Below are positions 44,213-53,908 of a stretch of DNA of 64,000 bases, one piece after another; position 1 is the first letter of the stretch, and each line of letters begins with the position of its first letter. Location of the stretch: IMG/VR virus record IMGVR_UViG_3300018424_007835, positions 32,001-96,000 of that record, one strand, 5' to 3'. This DNA comes from a virus. The notes below the pieces were generated by a model. It was not told the DNA's origin. It was given only the letters and a program-made list of their open reading frames with translations, and did no database searches. The position numbers were made by a program, and so were the translations under genes.

Positions 44213-45464
44213 AATTGTGAGGACAATTGGTTCGGGTAGGGATTATAGCACGATTGCGGCTTGGGAGGCCGGAAACACTACTGACGGCTGGGACACTAGT
44301 ACTGCTAACACCGATATTTGGAAGGGTGTTATTATGGACGCTTCGGCGTTTGATGAGAGGGTTGTTATTTCTTCAACGAATGGTACTAGGTCGTCTTCAA
44401 GTTATCAGTGGTTGACGGTTGATCCGTCTGTTAGGCATGCTGGGGTGCCTGGGGGTACGAATTATGCCAGATTAGACTCTAGCGCTATGAGTAGGGTCAT
44501 TCAAATTCAGGACGACTATTTTCGTCTTAGTAATTTGGAAATAATAGGTACAGCGACCGATTCTGGTGGTTCTACTATTCTGAGCGCTGTGGCCGTAGAA
44601 GCAAATAATGTTTTGGTTGAGAAATGTATGATTTGGCAGAAGAATGGACAGTCCTACTCTACCACTAGAGAGTATTATGGTATAAGCACTTTTGGTATGG
44701 GCCAGGGCGAGGTGCTCTCTATTGATAATTGTTTGATTTTTGGTTGGAGTAAAGCGGGTATAATGGACCGGGATGGGGATGCTCTTACTTTGAACATAGA
44801 CTACTGTACTGTTTGTTTGAACGGTGACGGTGACCTTTACTCATCGTATACAGGCAACTTGGGCACAAGTTTTTCTAGTGGCACCCACTCTACCTATAAC
44901 CTGTATAATAATTGTTTTGCAGGACTTGGGGGCGTATTTCATGGGCAGACACGGAACGGATCGCTCGATTGGGAGGTATACAATCAAAGCAATACGTCAA
45001 CTGGTGATTATGCCGGTAGCCACAACGGGGTGACTTCTAGTGGGCTGGTGGAAATCGGCACAGAGAACAACTCAAACTCGATGTCAAACTGGGTGTATGC
45101 GGCCGGGGGAGTGTCCACTTCTACCGCTTCAACTGCTTTCATTTTCACAGATCTTACATTTGACGCCAACGACGACCCTTCTTCGATAGATTTTACACCG
45201 GTTAATCATGCTAACAATGCGCTTCTTTCCGCTGGAACAAACCGCATAGGTAGCGAGCCGGATAGTCGTCAAGACTTCGCTGTAGATTTGGCCGGTAATA
45301 CCCGTAGTGAGTCAAACACCGATTTGGGTGCAATAGTTCTGGTAACCGCCACGGTTTCTGATAGATTTAAGTTTTATAGCAACAACGCATGGTCGGGGGT
45401 TAAACCAATGAAATATTGGAATGGTACCCAGTGGCAGACTGTTTCCAACACTACTGCTGCATAA
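44205..45464 (+). CDS. Parallel beta-helix (pectin-lyase-like) tailspike/depolymerase-like protein
   Basis: TIGSGRDYSTIAAWEA; stacked NVLVEKCMI, LSIDNCLI, LNIDYCTV and YNLYNNCF rungs; DLAGNTR..DLGA. Confidence 0.7.
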   Translation: MAEIVRTIGSGRDYSTIAAWEAGNTTDGWDTSTANTDIWKGVIMDASAFDERVVISSTNGTRSSSSYQWLTVDPSVRHAGVPGGTNYARLDSSAMSRVIQIQDDYFRLSNLEIIGTATDSGGSTILSAVAVEANNVLVEKCMIWQKNGQSYSTTREYYGISTFGMGQGEVLSIDNCLIFGWSKAGIMDRDGDALTLNIDYCTVCLNGDGDLYSSYTGNLGTSFSSGTHSTYNLYNNCFAGLGGVFHGQTRNGSLDWEVYNQSNTSTGDYAGSHNGVTSSGLVEIGTENNSNSMSNWVYAAGGVSTSTASTAFIFTDLTFDANDDPSSIDFTPVNHANNALLSAGTNRIGSEPDSRQDFAVDLAGNTRSESNTDLGAIVLVTATVSDRFKFYSNNAWSGVKPMKYWNGTQWQTVSNTTAA

Positions 45465-45507
45465 TTTTCAGTAAAATAGTTGTAGTCGTCAGTTTAGGGA
45501 GTTTGTT

Positions 45508-46986
45508 ATGGCTGTGAGTTTACCTAGCGACCCGGTTAATGGGGCAACCTATACTTCAGGGTCGTCTACGTGGAGGTGGGATGGTTCGGTGTGGCGGCTG
45601 CAGACTACTGGGGTTGCTCCGCTTCCCACTGGGGCGATTACGTTAGATGATACAGGATGGTCTAATCTTAGTGGAACCAATCCGCAGACTGCTTTGAACT
45701 CTGTAGATTATCTTTTAAACGCTGCGAAGTCGGCTCTAGAGGACGCTAAAGAAAGTGCCAGGGTGTCAAATCCTGCTCACAAACTTTTTGTTGAAACAGT
45801 GACTTCGGATATTACTATTGATGCTTCTTTCTTTACAAGCAGAGGGCTGTCGTCGGTTCCTACGACACACATTTTGTCGTTGAGGTTAATTAATTCAGCA
45901 ACTGCTGCGTTGTCTATCAACTGGGGCGCAAATATTAAAGATGTGGGCCGGGTGGCACGCCCTACGTTGCTTGGGATAAATAATGTTGAAGATTTTGTGC
46001 TGTGGACGTACGACGGTGGGACGAATTGGGATATGGCTTACACTGCTGATAGCTCTGTCGGTGTCGGTTTACAGATTGCACCACCTGCGAGCGCCGCACC
46101 GCCTCCAACCGAATTTGCACCGGCCCCGCCATCGGTTGTGTATTCTAAGGGGTTTGTGAATACTATATTTGGTGACGAAAATAATGCTTTAACGGTTGAT
46201 TTCACTGGGGTACCTTATCAGGTGGGTGATTTGTTGCTTGTGGTGACGCAGGCAAACGCTAATCGTATGAATCCGATAGTAGGGACCAACGGGTATTTTC
46301 CTGCGGATGTGAGCGCAGATTCTGACAACGATGGGTTTGTGTCTAACTTTTCGTCAAGTTGGCAAACTTTTGTTAATACAACCTCTACCAGAAGTGCAGA
46401 TGTGGGTATGTTTGTGTTTTATTTGAAAGTTGAGGGTAAACATTTGCCGGGTGGCAGTGATGCGTTGGGGGAGCAGACATGGGCGACGTTGAATCCGGCG
46501 GGCAGTCGGTGTTATGGTGTTGTTGTTGTGCGTGGGCAGAACGGCGGTTTCAGCCCTGAGACGGCTCCTCACCGGTTGAACCATCAAAACTTCGCCAGTA
46601 ACTATACGCAGTATGTGAACCGGACTATGGTTGGGGAAAGTGTTGCGCATGCTGAAAATAGTTTACTTATTTGTGTGACTGGTTTTTTTGCGAGGGGTGA
46701 CCTTAACACGACTGCAACCTATGACCCCAACGATGATTACCCGACGCCGAGGTTGGATGCTGTTACGAGTGATGGCTTTGATCAGCTGACCACGCCTTCT
46801 GGGATGACTAAAGCCTACATGACTGGCGTAATCGACAACCCTGGTAATAAACTAAGGAATGTGCAAAAATTGTCTTGGCAACAGTACACGGCTGCGGGAA
46901 ATACTGGTGATAAGACTTGCACTAATCTTACTGCTACTAATTCTTTTAATGATGCTGTTACTGTTATGATTAGTATTCCTGCTTAG
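45508..46986 (+). CDS. Receptor-binding/fibre-like virion protein, paralog A
   Basis: Shared N-terminal motif; LWTYDGG, GDLLLVV, VVRG and LRNVQKL shared with the next gene. Confidence 0.65.
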   Translation: MAVSLPSDPVNGATYTSGSSTWRWDGSVWRLQTTGVAPLPTGAITLDDTGWSNLSGTNPQTALNSVDYLLNAAKSALEDAKESARVSNPAHKLFVETVTSDITIDASFFTSRGLSSVPTTHILSLRLINSATAALSINWGANIKDVGRVARPTLLGINNVEDFVLWTYDGGTNWDMAYTADSSVGVGLQIAPPASAAPPPTEFAPAPPSVVYSKGFVNTIFGDENNALTVDFTGVPYQVGDLLLVVTQANANRMNPIVGTNGYFPADVSADSDNDGFVSNFSSSWQTFVNTTSTRSADVGMFVFYLKVEGKHLPGGSDALGEQTWATLNPAGSRCYGVVVVRGQNGGFSPETAPHRLNHQNFASNYTQYVNRTMVGESVAHAENSLLICVTGFFARGDLNTTATYDPNDDYPTPRLDAVTSDGFDQLTTPSGMTKAYMTGVIDNPGNKLRNVQKLSWQQYTAAGNTGDKTCTNLTATNSFNDAVTVMISIPA

Positions 46987-47037
46987 TGGGTGTAGTTGTG
47001 GTAGAATATATTTGGATTTACAGTTTGAGGTAGCAAT

Positions 47038-48537
47038 ATGCCAATTTCTTTACCGTCTAACCCTTCTGATGGGCAAACTTATACTTTTGATTCAAAGACT
47101 TGGTCGTACAGCGCCGCCGCTGGTGTTTGGAAGAAGATTCGTGCGGCAGCCCCAGATTTATCAGGGGGGACTGTCAGTTTGGACGCTAACAACTGGGGTA
47201 CTTTACAGGGCGGTACTTTGCAGCAAGTGCTGGACAGCATAGACACCGCTATAGGCACAATTAATACTGATATATCCAATGGAGTTACAGTCCAAGCTGC
47301 GGTCCCTTCGATGTTATATAAAGCGGTTAATGCATCAGTTGTAGTTGATAATGCGTTTTTAGATGGTTTAGGATTAACTACTATCCCACAAATGCATATG
47401 CTTACTTTAAGGCTGGCTAACTCTAGTGGGTCTGGATGGTCTGTTAGCTACGATTCATCAATTAGTGATATTGGTTCAACAGCTGCCCCGACGAGCGTGG
47501 CCAACGACAGTTCACACGATTTCTTATTGTGGACTTATGATGGCGGGTCGTCATGGAACATGATGTATATTTTGCTGTCTGATCTGAATACGGGTGCTAC
47601 GACGGCGATTAGTGTTGAGCCTACTACTGTGGCACCGTATTTGGTTTATTCTCAGATTCAGCATTATTCGGGCCAATCTGGTGCTAGTACGTCGGATGTA
47701 ATTGATTTTGATAGTGTGCATTTCTTGAATCAATCCGGTGTGTTGCAGCAGGGTGATTTGCTTTTGGTTGTGTATCAGGGCACGGGTGCTTATTTGAATA
47801 CGGACAGAGTTACAGCACCTGCCGGGTGGACACAGTTGTTTGGTTTTGCCGAGGATGCGATTATTTCTGCCGAGGAACCACCTGGACCTGGTGATGATGG
47901 CGGTTCCTCGGATGATGAAGATGATTATTCTGTCCAAATGATTGCGTATTATCGAGTTGTTGGAGCAAACGATCCTGGCAATTTAGGCACACATACGTGG
48001 TCTACCGACAATGGTACCGGTAGTCGACTTTTATCGTTGGCTGTTGTACGTGGGGCGGATACGACGAGTATCCCTACTTACACCACGAATGTTGAGTCGT
48101 TTTCTACTTTCAAGGGCAATACTACTAACAACGATATTTGGAATGGGGATGGGGATAGTGGGGCTGGTGCAGCGTCGAACTCCCCAACTGCTACTACTGC
48201 AACGCTTTCGGCTGATAGTGTTTCTTATTCTGCTAATAGTTTGGTTTTGGGGTATTTTGGGTATTTTAATAAAGGTAACTCGGCCACCCAGCCTCAAATG
48301 CAACCGAAGGTTGACATGACTGATTTTTTGTCGACGCCCGCAGGGATGATTTCTCATGGGATAGAGGGCACCCCGGGGGCGGAGTCGGGCAATAGTTTGC
48401 GACATGTGCAGAAGCTTGTGTCTCAGACATATAGTGGCTTAGCGGGGGGGTCTACTGGGGCTAAGACTAGTTCAACTAAAGAACCTGCCGATACGTACAA
48501 TAACGGTTTTAGTGCTTTAATTGTTATTCCTAGTTGA
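47038..48537 (+). CDS. Receptor-binding/fibre-like virion protein, paralog B
   Basis: Colinear similarity to 45508..46986 (LWTYDGG, GDLLLVV, VVRG, LRHVQKL). Confidence 0.65.
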   Translation: MPISLPSNPSDGQTYTFDSKTWSYSAAAGVWKKIRAAAPDLSGGTVSLDANNWGTLQGGTLQQVLDSIDTAIGTINTDISNGVTVQAAVPSMLYKAVNASVVVDNAFLDGLGLTTIPQMHMLTLRLANSSGSGWSVSYDSSISDIGSTAAPTSVANDSSHDFLLWTYDGGSSWNMMYILLSDLNTGATTAISVEPTTVAPYLVYSQIQHYSGQSGASTSDVIDFDSVHFLNQSGVLQQGDLLLVVYQGTGAYLNTDRVTAPAGWTQLFGFAEDAIISAEEPPGPGDDGGSSDDEDDYSVQMIAYYRVVGANDPGNLGTHTWSTDNGTGSRLLSLAVVRGADTTSIPTYTTNVESFSTFKGNTTNNDIWNGDGDSGAGAASNSPTATTATLSADSVSYSANSLVLGYFGYFNKGNSATQPQMQPKVDMTDFLSTPAGMISHGIEGTPGAESGNSLRHVQKLVSQTYSGLAGGSTGAKTSSTKEPADTYNNGFSALIVIPS

Positions 48538-48550
48538 AAGATTGTGATAT

Positions 48551-50398
48551 ATGCCTACTCGTCCCGTAGTAAATTATCAAACAACAACCGGCGACACTTC
48601 TTTTGGATCGGATGCCAATTACAATGACAAGGGCCGTAAAGATACCACTTCGTGGTATGGTTTTGATTCGAATAATACTCTAGTTTTACGGGACAGCTCT
48701 CTGGAAATTCAGACACATTTATTAGAACGGGGTATGGTTAATGACGCTATGACGCTTGTGACAGCGACGGCCACACACAGTGACCCGAATTGGAACGGGT
48801 CCCAGTCTACTGGTGTAGGGTTAAAAGCTGATCCGTTGGTTGTTCCAGGTGCTGAGTCTGGGCATTATCATCACTTTATTGGTAACATTTTCACAAAAGA
48901 TGATGATGTAAATAATTTGTTGGCCTCTAATAATAGTCAGGTGCGCTACGAAGAAGGTAGTGGGGTTCACCGGTATATTGACAATCCTCGGGGTGGGTGG
49001 CCCGCTAGAACGTTGCATCAAAATTCGCCGACCGACCCGGTTGAAGTGGTGGGACATTTTCCTGGGGTTTGGTTCCCTACTCCGTTTTGGAGGGGGAAAC
49101 CGGTAAAGATTGCTGACGCTAAGTCAGTCTATTACACCAGGCAGAGGTTTTATCCTGAAGATGCCAGATTGGTGGCGCTTCCTTCCGGCGCAGGATGGGT
49201 GTCGTTTAACATGCACCTCGCCCATTCTGGAGGGCCGGGCGGCTGGAGACTAAGTGTTCGGGGTCCTGATTGGTTTGATTTGGAGAACTTGCACTTTGGG
49301 CCATTTCCCAATCGACCGCCCGAGGAAGGTGGTGGGGCGTGGACGACGTTCCAACAGGATGTTGGTGGTGTGGGGTTTGGTAACACGAAGCCAAATAAGC
49401 CGACGGCGTTTTGGACTCCGCAGGTTCAAGCATATTTAGGATTTTTTTGGCCTAATGGTATTGGCCCTGATAACCCTGATTGGAATGACGAGCCTTTAAG
49501 CTACAAAGACGAAACTGGTACTAACCCGGGGCTCGGGTATGCGGCCGGGGTCAGGGGAGCCGCAGATAGTCGATGGACGTATGGTATGCCGAAGCAGATG
49601 TCGGGGATGCCCCGGGTTCCTTTTCATATGGATTACATTTCTGCTCATGGAAGTTCTTTTAATCAGTATGCCACAGTGCCCGCTAGATCAACAAAAAGGG
49701 ATAAGATAACCATACAAAGACGTACATACCAAATTGTGCAGAATCCGTTGGGAAATACCATTCAATTTTCGGGTTACACTTCGCAATCTAGTATTCCTAA
49801 TATAGACAATTTTATGCAAGACCTCATAGATAGGTCTTTAAACAATAATATTTTTGGTTTAGGGTCGTCGCACTCGACAGGTTTACATAAGTGGGAAGGC
49901 GTTATTGCTACAGGTAATGCGGAAACTTTACCCCCCTCATCTATTCCAGAAGTGGACGAGGGGGAGGAGGAGGACGGTGATTTAGAGGCACCGCCATTGT
50001 CGGTTCGTATTCTACAGAAAAGCATAGACGGGTTAACAGTAAAGCTTGATTATGTGTTAAGCATTACGGTCCGTAGTCAAGTTCGCTTAGATTGGAATTT
50101 TGGTGACGGTAAAACACAGAGTGTGGCTGATGGTTCTGGCACCATAGAACATACGTATGCCCAACTGGGCACCTATACTGTTAAGTTGACTGTAACAGAT
50201 TTGAACGATGCAACTGTTACAACTTCAGATGAATTAACGATTGAGTTAAAACGGGCCCCTGCGTTGGTATCTAGTAGTGCGGGAGGTGGCCTAGCCAATC
50301 CTGTAGCATTGCTGATGGCTGTGGCTACTGGCGGGGTTGATGGACAGCGAAAGGCAGTTCAGTTTGGCAGCGATGCAGATGCAACCGCACATATGTAG
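48551..50398 (+). CDS. DUF1996-like protein with C-terminal PKD domain
   Basis: DPLVVPG..HYHHFIGN and FHMDYI; WNFGDG..IEHTYAQLGTYTVKLTVTD (PKD). Confidence 0.6.
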   Translation: MPTRPVVNYQTTTGDTSFGSDANYNDKGRKDTTSWYGFDSNNTLVLRDSSLEIQTHLLERGMVNDAMTLVTATATHSDPNWNGSQSTGVGLKADPLVVPGAESGHYHHFIGNIFTKDDDVNNLLASNNSQVRYEEGSGVHRYIDNPRGGWPARTLHQNSPTDPVEVVGHFPGVWFPTPFWRGKPVKIADAKSVYYTRQRFYPEDARLVALPSGAGWVSFNMHLAHSGGPGGWRLSVRGPDWFDLENLHFGPFPNRPPEEGGGAWTTFQQDVGGVGFGNTKPNKPTAFWTPQVQAYLGFFWPNGIGPDNPDWNDEPLSYKDETGTNPGLGYAAGVRGAADSRWTYGMPKQMSGMPRVPFHMDYISAHGSSFNQYATVPARSTKRDKITIQRRTYQIVQNPLGNTIQFSGYTSQSSIPNIDNFMQDLIDRSLNNNIFGLGSSHSTGLHKWEGVIATGNAETLPPSSIPEVDEGEEEDGDLEAPPLSVRILQKSIDGLTVKLDYVLSITVRSQVRLDWNFGDGKTQSVADGSGTIEHTYAQLGTYTVKLTVTDLNDATVTTSDELTIELKRAPALVSSSAGGGLANPVALLMAVATGGVDGQRKAVQFGSDADATAHM

Positions 50399-50436
50399 TG
50401 TGTATCCTACTGTGGGGTAGTTAATATATTCACAAC

Positions 50437-50464
50437 TTGACATTTACCTGCCACGTGCTAGACT
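50437..50464 (+). promoter_or_regulatory. Sigma70-type promoter
   Basis: TTGACA-N16-TAGACT with TG extension. Confidence 0.65.
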
Positions 50465-50501
50465 AATTCAATGCTTCAAAAACATAGCGGAAGGGGACAT
50501 T

Positions 50502-50879
50502 ATGTTTGCAGAGCTTGTAGTAGCCTGGATTTTAATGATGAACGCCAGAACTCCATGTGAGACCTCTGAGCAGTGTGAAACTTACATTCGCCCATACGTG
50601 GAGTTTGTTTTTGAAGACCACCCGGTCACCACCGCTGAAGCTGCGGTACAAGTGGCGTGGTGCGAGTCTCGTTGGAAACCGTGGGCTAGAAATAGGCACA
50701 GTACAGCCACTGGCCTTTTTCAGTACCTGTACGGCACCTGGCACGCTGAAGCCCACTATTGGGGGTGGGATGAGTTGTCTGATCCGTCGCACAGGTTTGA
50801 TCCCGTTCTGATGACGAACCTGACTTATAAGGTTGTGGAGCGTGATAATGGTTGGCGGCAGTGGCAGTGTAAGCCTTAA
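50502..50879 (+). CDS. Lysozyme-like/SLT lytic transglycosylase
   Basis: VAWCES..ATGLFQY..TW..GWRQW; short hydrophobic N-terminus. Confidence 0.8.
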   Translation: MFAELVVAWILMMNARTPCETSEQCETYIRPYVEFVFEDHPVTTAEAAVQVAWCESRWKPWARNRHSTATGLFQYLYGTWHAEAHYWGWDELSDPSHRFDPVLMTNLTYKVVERDNGWRQWQCKP

Positions 50880-50945
50880 TTGCTGGCCACGCCTGTGCTT
50901 TTGGTGTAAACTATTATTGAATATTGTTTATCCGAAAGGACTTTT

Positions 50946-51953
50946 TTGATGGCTACTTACACCGGTTATGATCGCACTGCTCGTGCTAAGAGGGCGGGCA
51001 TGGAAATGCTCGTTGATCTTATTGAGGCGTATTTTGGTTTGTGGAATAATGGTACGCTTGTTGTGCGCAATATGCGTGGCAAGTCTAAGCCAAGTGTTCA
51101 TTCGACCGGTAGGGCTGCTGATGTGTCGTGGCGGGGCGGCAACTATCGTGGTACTGGTAATTACGCTGATTGTGAGAAGCTGTGTGACTTTTTGACCGAG
51201 AATGCCGAGGAGCTTGGCATTGAGTTGCTGCTTGATTACTGGCCACGACCTCACGGGCGTGGGTGGAGGTGCGACCGGAATGCTTGGCGTACCTACACTA
51301 GCCATGCAATGAGTGGGTCGCCGGGTGGCGACTGGCTTCATTTCGAAATTAGCAATGAGCATGCGGATGACGCCCAGCATTATGTTGATGTTTTCCAGCG
51401 GCTGCTTGGTGATCCCCCGAAGGCGATTAAGACTCCCCCTGCAAGAAAGACTGCTCGCAAGCCTGCTGGTAAGGACCCTTGGTTGCAGGTGGGGTCGAAG
51501 GGAGATCAAGTCAAGGAAATTCAGGCCGTGGTTGGGGTTGAGGCGGATGGTGCTTTCGGTCCGCTTACCGAGGCGGCGGTGAAGAAGTGGCAGGCTGAGC
51601 ACGATTTGTTTGTAGACGGAATTGTCGGGCCCGATACGTACAAGGCTATGACTGATCCTAGCACTGCTGTGGTTGCGGATGATGGACCGTCTGCGGCAGA
51701 CAAGGTAGAGGATAGGACTGAGGCGGCTCCTACCCCCGCCCCGGCCCCTGCCCCCGAGTATCCTGGGCGCCCTATCCGCAATGGGTGGCGGGGCGATGTA
51801 GTGAAAGCCATTCAAGCTAAGGTTGGTGCTCAGCCGGTCGACGGGTTCTTTGGCCCCAAGACACACGGAGTTATTGTAAACTGGCAGACGGCCAATGGCC
51901 TACGTCAAGACGGTGTTGTCGGTCCGCTTACCTGGGCAAAGATGTTTGGGTAA
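50946..51953 (+). CDS. Endolysin: M15-like Zn peptidase with peptidoglycan-binding domains
   Basis: SVHSTGRAAD..WLHFE (H-x6-D...H); two PG_binding_1 regions (DGAFGPLTEAAVKKWQ..DGIVGP and DGFFGPKT..DGVVGPLTW); PAPAPAP linker. Confidence 0.85.
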   Translation: MMATYTGYDRTARAKRAGMEMLVDLIEAYFGLWNNGTLVVRNMRGKSKPSVHSTGRAADVSWRGGNYRGTGNYADCEKLCDFLTENAEELGIELLLDYWPRPHGRGWRCDRNAWRTYTSHAMSGSPGGDWLHFEISNEHADDAQHYVDVFQRLLGDPPKAIKTPPARKTARKPAGKDPWLQVGSKGDQVKEIQAVVGVEADGAFGPLTEAAVKKWQAEHDLFVDGIVGPDTYKAMTDPSTAVVADDGPSAADKVEDRTEAAPTPAPAPAPEYPGRPIRNGWRGDVVKAIQAKVGAQPVDGFFGPKTHGVIVNWQTANGLRQDGVVGPLTWAKMFG

Positions 51954-52324
51954 TGGCCGAAGGGCTTGAGTACTTTTACAAAGCAAAAGTTGATAGAGTT
52001 GTAGACGGCGACACTATTGATTTTATCGTTGATCTTGGTTTTAGTGTTTTTCATAAAATACGAGTTCGTCTGTATGGTGTAAATACGCCGGAATCCCGAA
52101 CAAAAGACTTACAGGAAAAAGCTTTGGGTCTCGCAGCAAAAGAGTATGTAGATGACTGGTTCGATGGCTGTTCTAATGTTTTTATACAGACCTTAAAAGA
52201 CAGCGGTGGTAAGTATGGCCGTATTTTAGCGTATGTGTACGCTGATGACGCTAAGACGGCTTGTTTGAATACGCAGATTATTGACGCTGGCCACGGTGTT
52301 GAGTACTTTGGTGGCAAGCGTTAG
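51953..52324 (+). CDS. Thermonuclease (SNase) family nuclease
   Basis: RVVDGDT..RVRLYGVNTPE..KYGRILA. Confidence 0.9.
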   Translation: MAEGLEYFYKAKVDRVVDGDTIDFIVDLGFSVFHKIRVRLYGVNTPESRTKDLQEKALGLAAKEYVDDWFDGCSNVFIQTLKDSGGKYGRILAYVYADDAKTACLNTQIIDAGHGVEYFGGKR

Positions 52325-52325
52325 A

Positions 52326-52354
52326 TTGACAGGCGTTACGGTGTTTGCTATACT
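52326..52354 (+). promoter_or_regulatory. Sigma70-type promoter, leaderless
   Basis: TTGACA-N17-TATACT, ATG 6 nt downstream at 52361. Confidence 0.85.
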
Positions 52355-52360
52355 ACGGGT

Positions 52361-52897
52361 ATGGTACAAGTAAACAGTGGTCTTATCGGCAAACCTTGGG
52401 CAAACCCTCTTGACAGAACAAAGGATGCTGTCAATACCTTGATTAAACAGGGTGGTGTTATTTCAACCGACCCTAAAAGTCCGCTGTATCCTTCGCTAGT
52501 ACAAATGTCTAAAGCAGGCTTTCTGGAGCACGATATCGACGCTGGAGTTTTTCGGTGCGGCCCAGAGTTTGAAGACCTACTAATATCATTATCAAAGTCT
52601 AATTCTACTTACGCTGAAGCGTTGGCCCATTATCGTGACATGGTTCGCAGCATGATGATTGACACCGCCGCACACAGCACCACGGCATCCGAGATGGAAA
52701 AGTTAGGCAGCAGCGCTCATCGTATGCTTTTTTTAGCCAACGAGCTACAAGACTTAAAAGATAGAATCTCCGCCCTTGAGTCAGGCATTTCCAGTTTGCG
52801 AGAGACCACTAAAATGATGCAGACCGAAATGGCCGAAATGGACGTTTCGCTGGCGGCGGCAGAGTCGGCGGTGTTTGGTGAGAATTCTGACAGCTAA
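52361..52897 (+). CDS. Hypothetical protein with C-terminal coiled coil
   Basis: 178 aa; heptad pattern LQDLKDRISALESGISSL. Confidence 0.7.
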   Translation: MVQVNSGLIGKPWANPLDRTKDAVNTLIKQGGVISTDPKSPLYPSLVQMSKAGFLEHDIDAGVFRCGPEFEDLLISLSKSNSTYAEALAHYRDMVRSMMIDTAAHSTTASEMEKLGSSAHRMLFLANELQDLKDRISALESGISSLRETTKMMQTEMAEMDVSLAAAESAVFGENSDS

Positions 52898-53135
52898 CGC
52901 CAGAGTACTCCTTATGGTGCTTGAAAATCCTGACATGACTCAGAAGCAGATCGCTGACGAACTTGGCATGCGCTTCCAGCATGTTTGGCGTGCGTTAGAC
53001 CGCCTCGTCAAAGAAGGCGTCCTTCGCAAAGAACGGACAAACCGTCGCACATATTTTTATGCCGCACCAGGCTTTGCGGAATTAGAAGACATCCGACGGC
53101 TGCAGGCTTGCATTTCTGCGTCGAGTGTGATATAA
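52875..53135 (+). CDS. Winged HTH (MarR-like) DNA-binding protein
   Basis: VLLMVLENPDMTQKQIADELGM..VWRALDRLVKEGVLRKER..RRTYF. Confidence 0.8.
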   Translation: MVRILTANARVLLMVLENPDMTQKQIADELGMRFQHVWRALDRLVKEGVLRKERTNRRTYFYAAPGFAELEDIRRLQACISASSVI

Positions 53136-53136
53136 T
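53108..53136 (+). promoter_or_regulatory. Sigma70-type promoter, leaderless
   Basis: TTGCAT-N17-TATAAT, ATG at 53144. Confidence 0.75.
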
Positions 53137-53143
53137 GTCTACT

Positions 53144-53908
53144 ATGACAGCACCAAAAATACTGTATTATGACATTGAGACAGCACCTAACTTGAGCTAC
53201 GTTTGGGGCCAGCACGAACAAAACGTGATTGAGCACGAGCGAGAGTGGTATATGCTCTGCTTCGCCTACCGGTGGGAGCATCAGAAAAAGACTCAGGTTG
53301 TGGCGCTGCCCGACTTTGCGGATACGTACAAGAAGGACCCAGAGGACGACATGCAGGTTGTTCTTTCTTTGTGGGGCCTGCTCAACGAAGCTGATGTTGT
53401 GGTTGCCCATAATGGTGACCGCTTTGATCTTCGCAAGGCCAATGCACGTTTCGTTGCCCACGGTTTGGGACCGGTGTCTCCTGTGCGCCAGATTGACACT
53501 TTGAAAGTTGCCAGGAAGTACTTCATGTTCAATTCTAACAAACTTGACCATCTTGGGCAGCATCTTGGTTTGGGCCGTAAGGTGAATACTGGAGGGTTTG
53601 AGACGTGGGCGGGTTGCATGCGTGGCGACATGAAGATGTGGAAGCTGATGACAAAGTACGCTAAGCAGGATGTAGATTTGTTGCGCAGCGTTTATTTTGA
53701 GCTTCGCCCGTGGATGACTGACCACCCTAACTTTAATGTGTACAACGGCGGAAGTTCCTGCCCGACTTGCGGTTCTGATGATATCGAACCTAGTGGGTAC
53801 AAGTATACGCAGGTTGCGACCTATCAGCAGTGGCTCTGCGCAGATTGTGGTGCATGGTCTAAGAGCCGTTTGGCTGAATCCGTTGAAGCCCCAGAGATCA
53901 CGCCATGA
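53144..53908 (+). CDS. RNase H-like (DEDD) 3'-5' exonuclease with C-terminal Zn ribbon
   Basis: ILYYDIET, AHNGDRFD, YAKQDV; CPTCG..CADCG; start reassigned from 52985. Confidence 0.85.
   Translation: MTAPKILYYDIETAPNLSYVWGQHEQNVIEHEREWYMLCFAYRWEHQKKTQVVALPDFADTYKKDPEDDMQVVLSLWGLLNEADVVVAHNGDRFDLRKANARFVAHGLGPVSPVRQIDTLKVARKYFMFNSNKLDHLGQHLGLGRKVNTGGFETWAGCMRGDMKMWKLMTKYAKQDVDLLRSVYFELRPWMTDHPNFNVYNGGSSCPTCGSDDIEPSGYKYTQVATYQQWLCADCGAWSKSRLAESVEAPEITP

Noticed and set aside
45508-48537. Diversity-generating retroelement template/variable repeats
   Set aside because: Similarity is at protein level along whole genes, with no adenine-specific near-identical repeat pair and no reverse transcriptase seen
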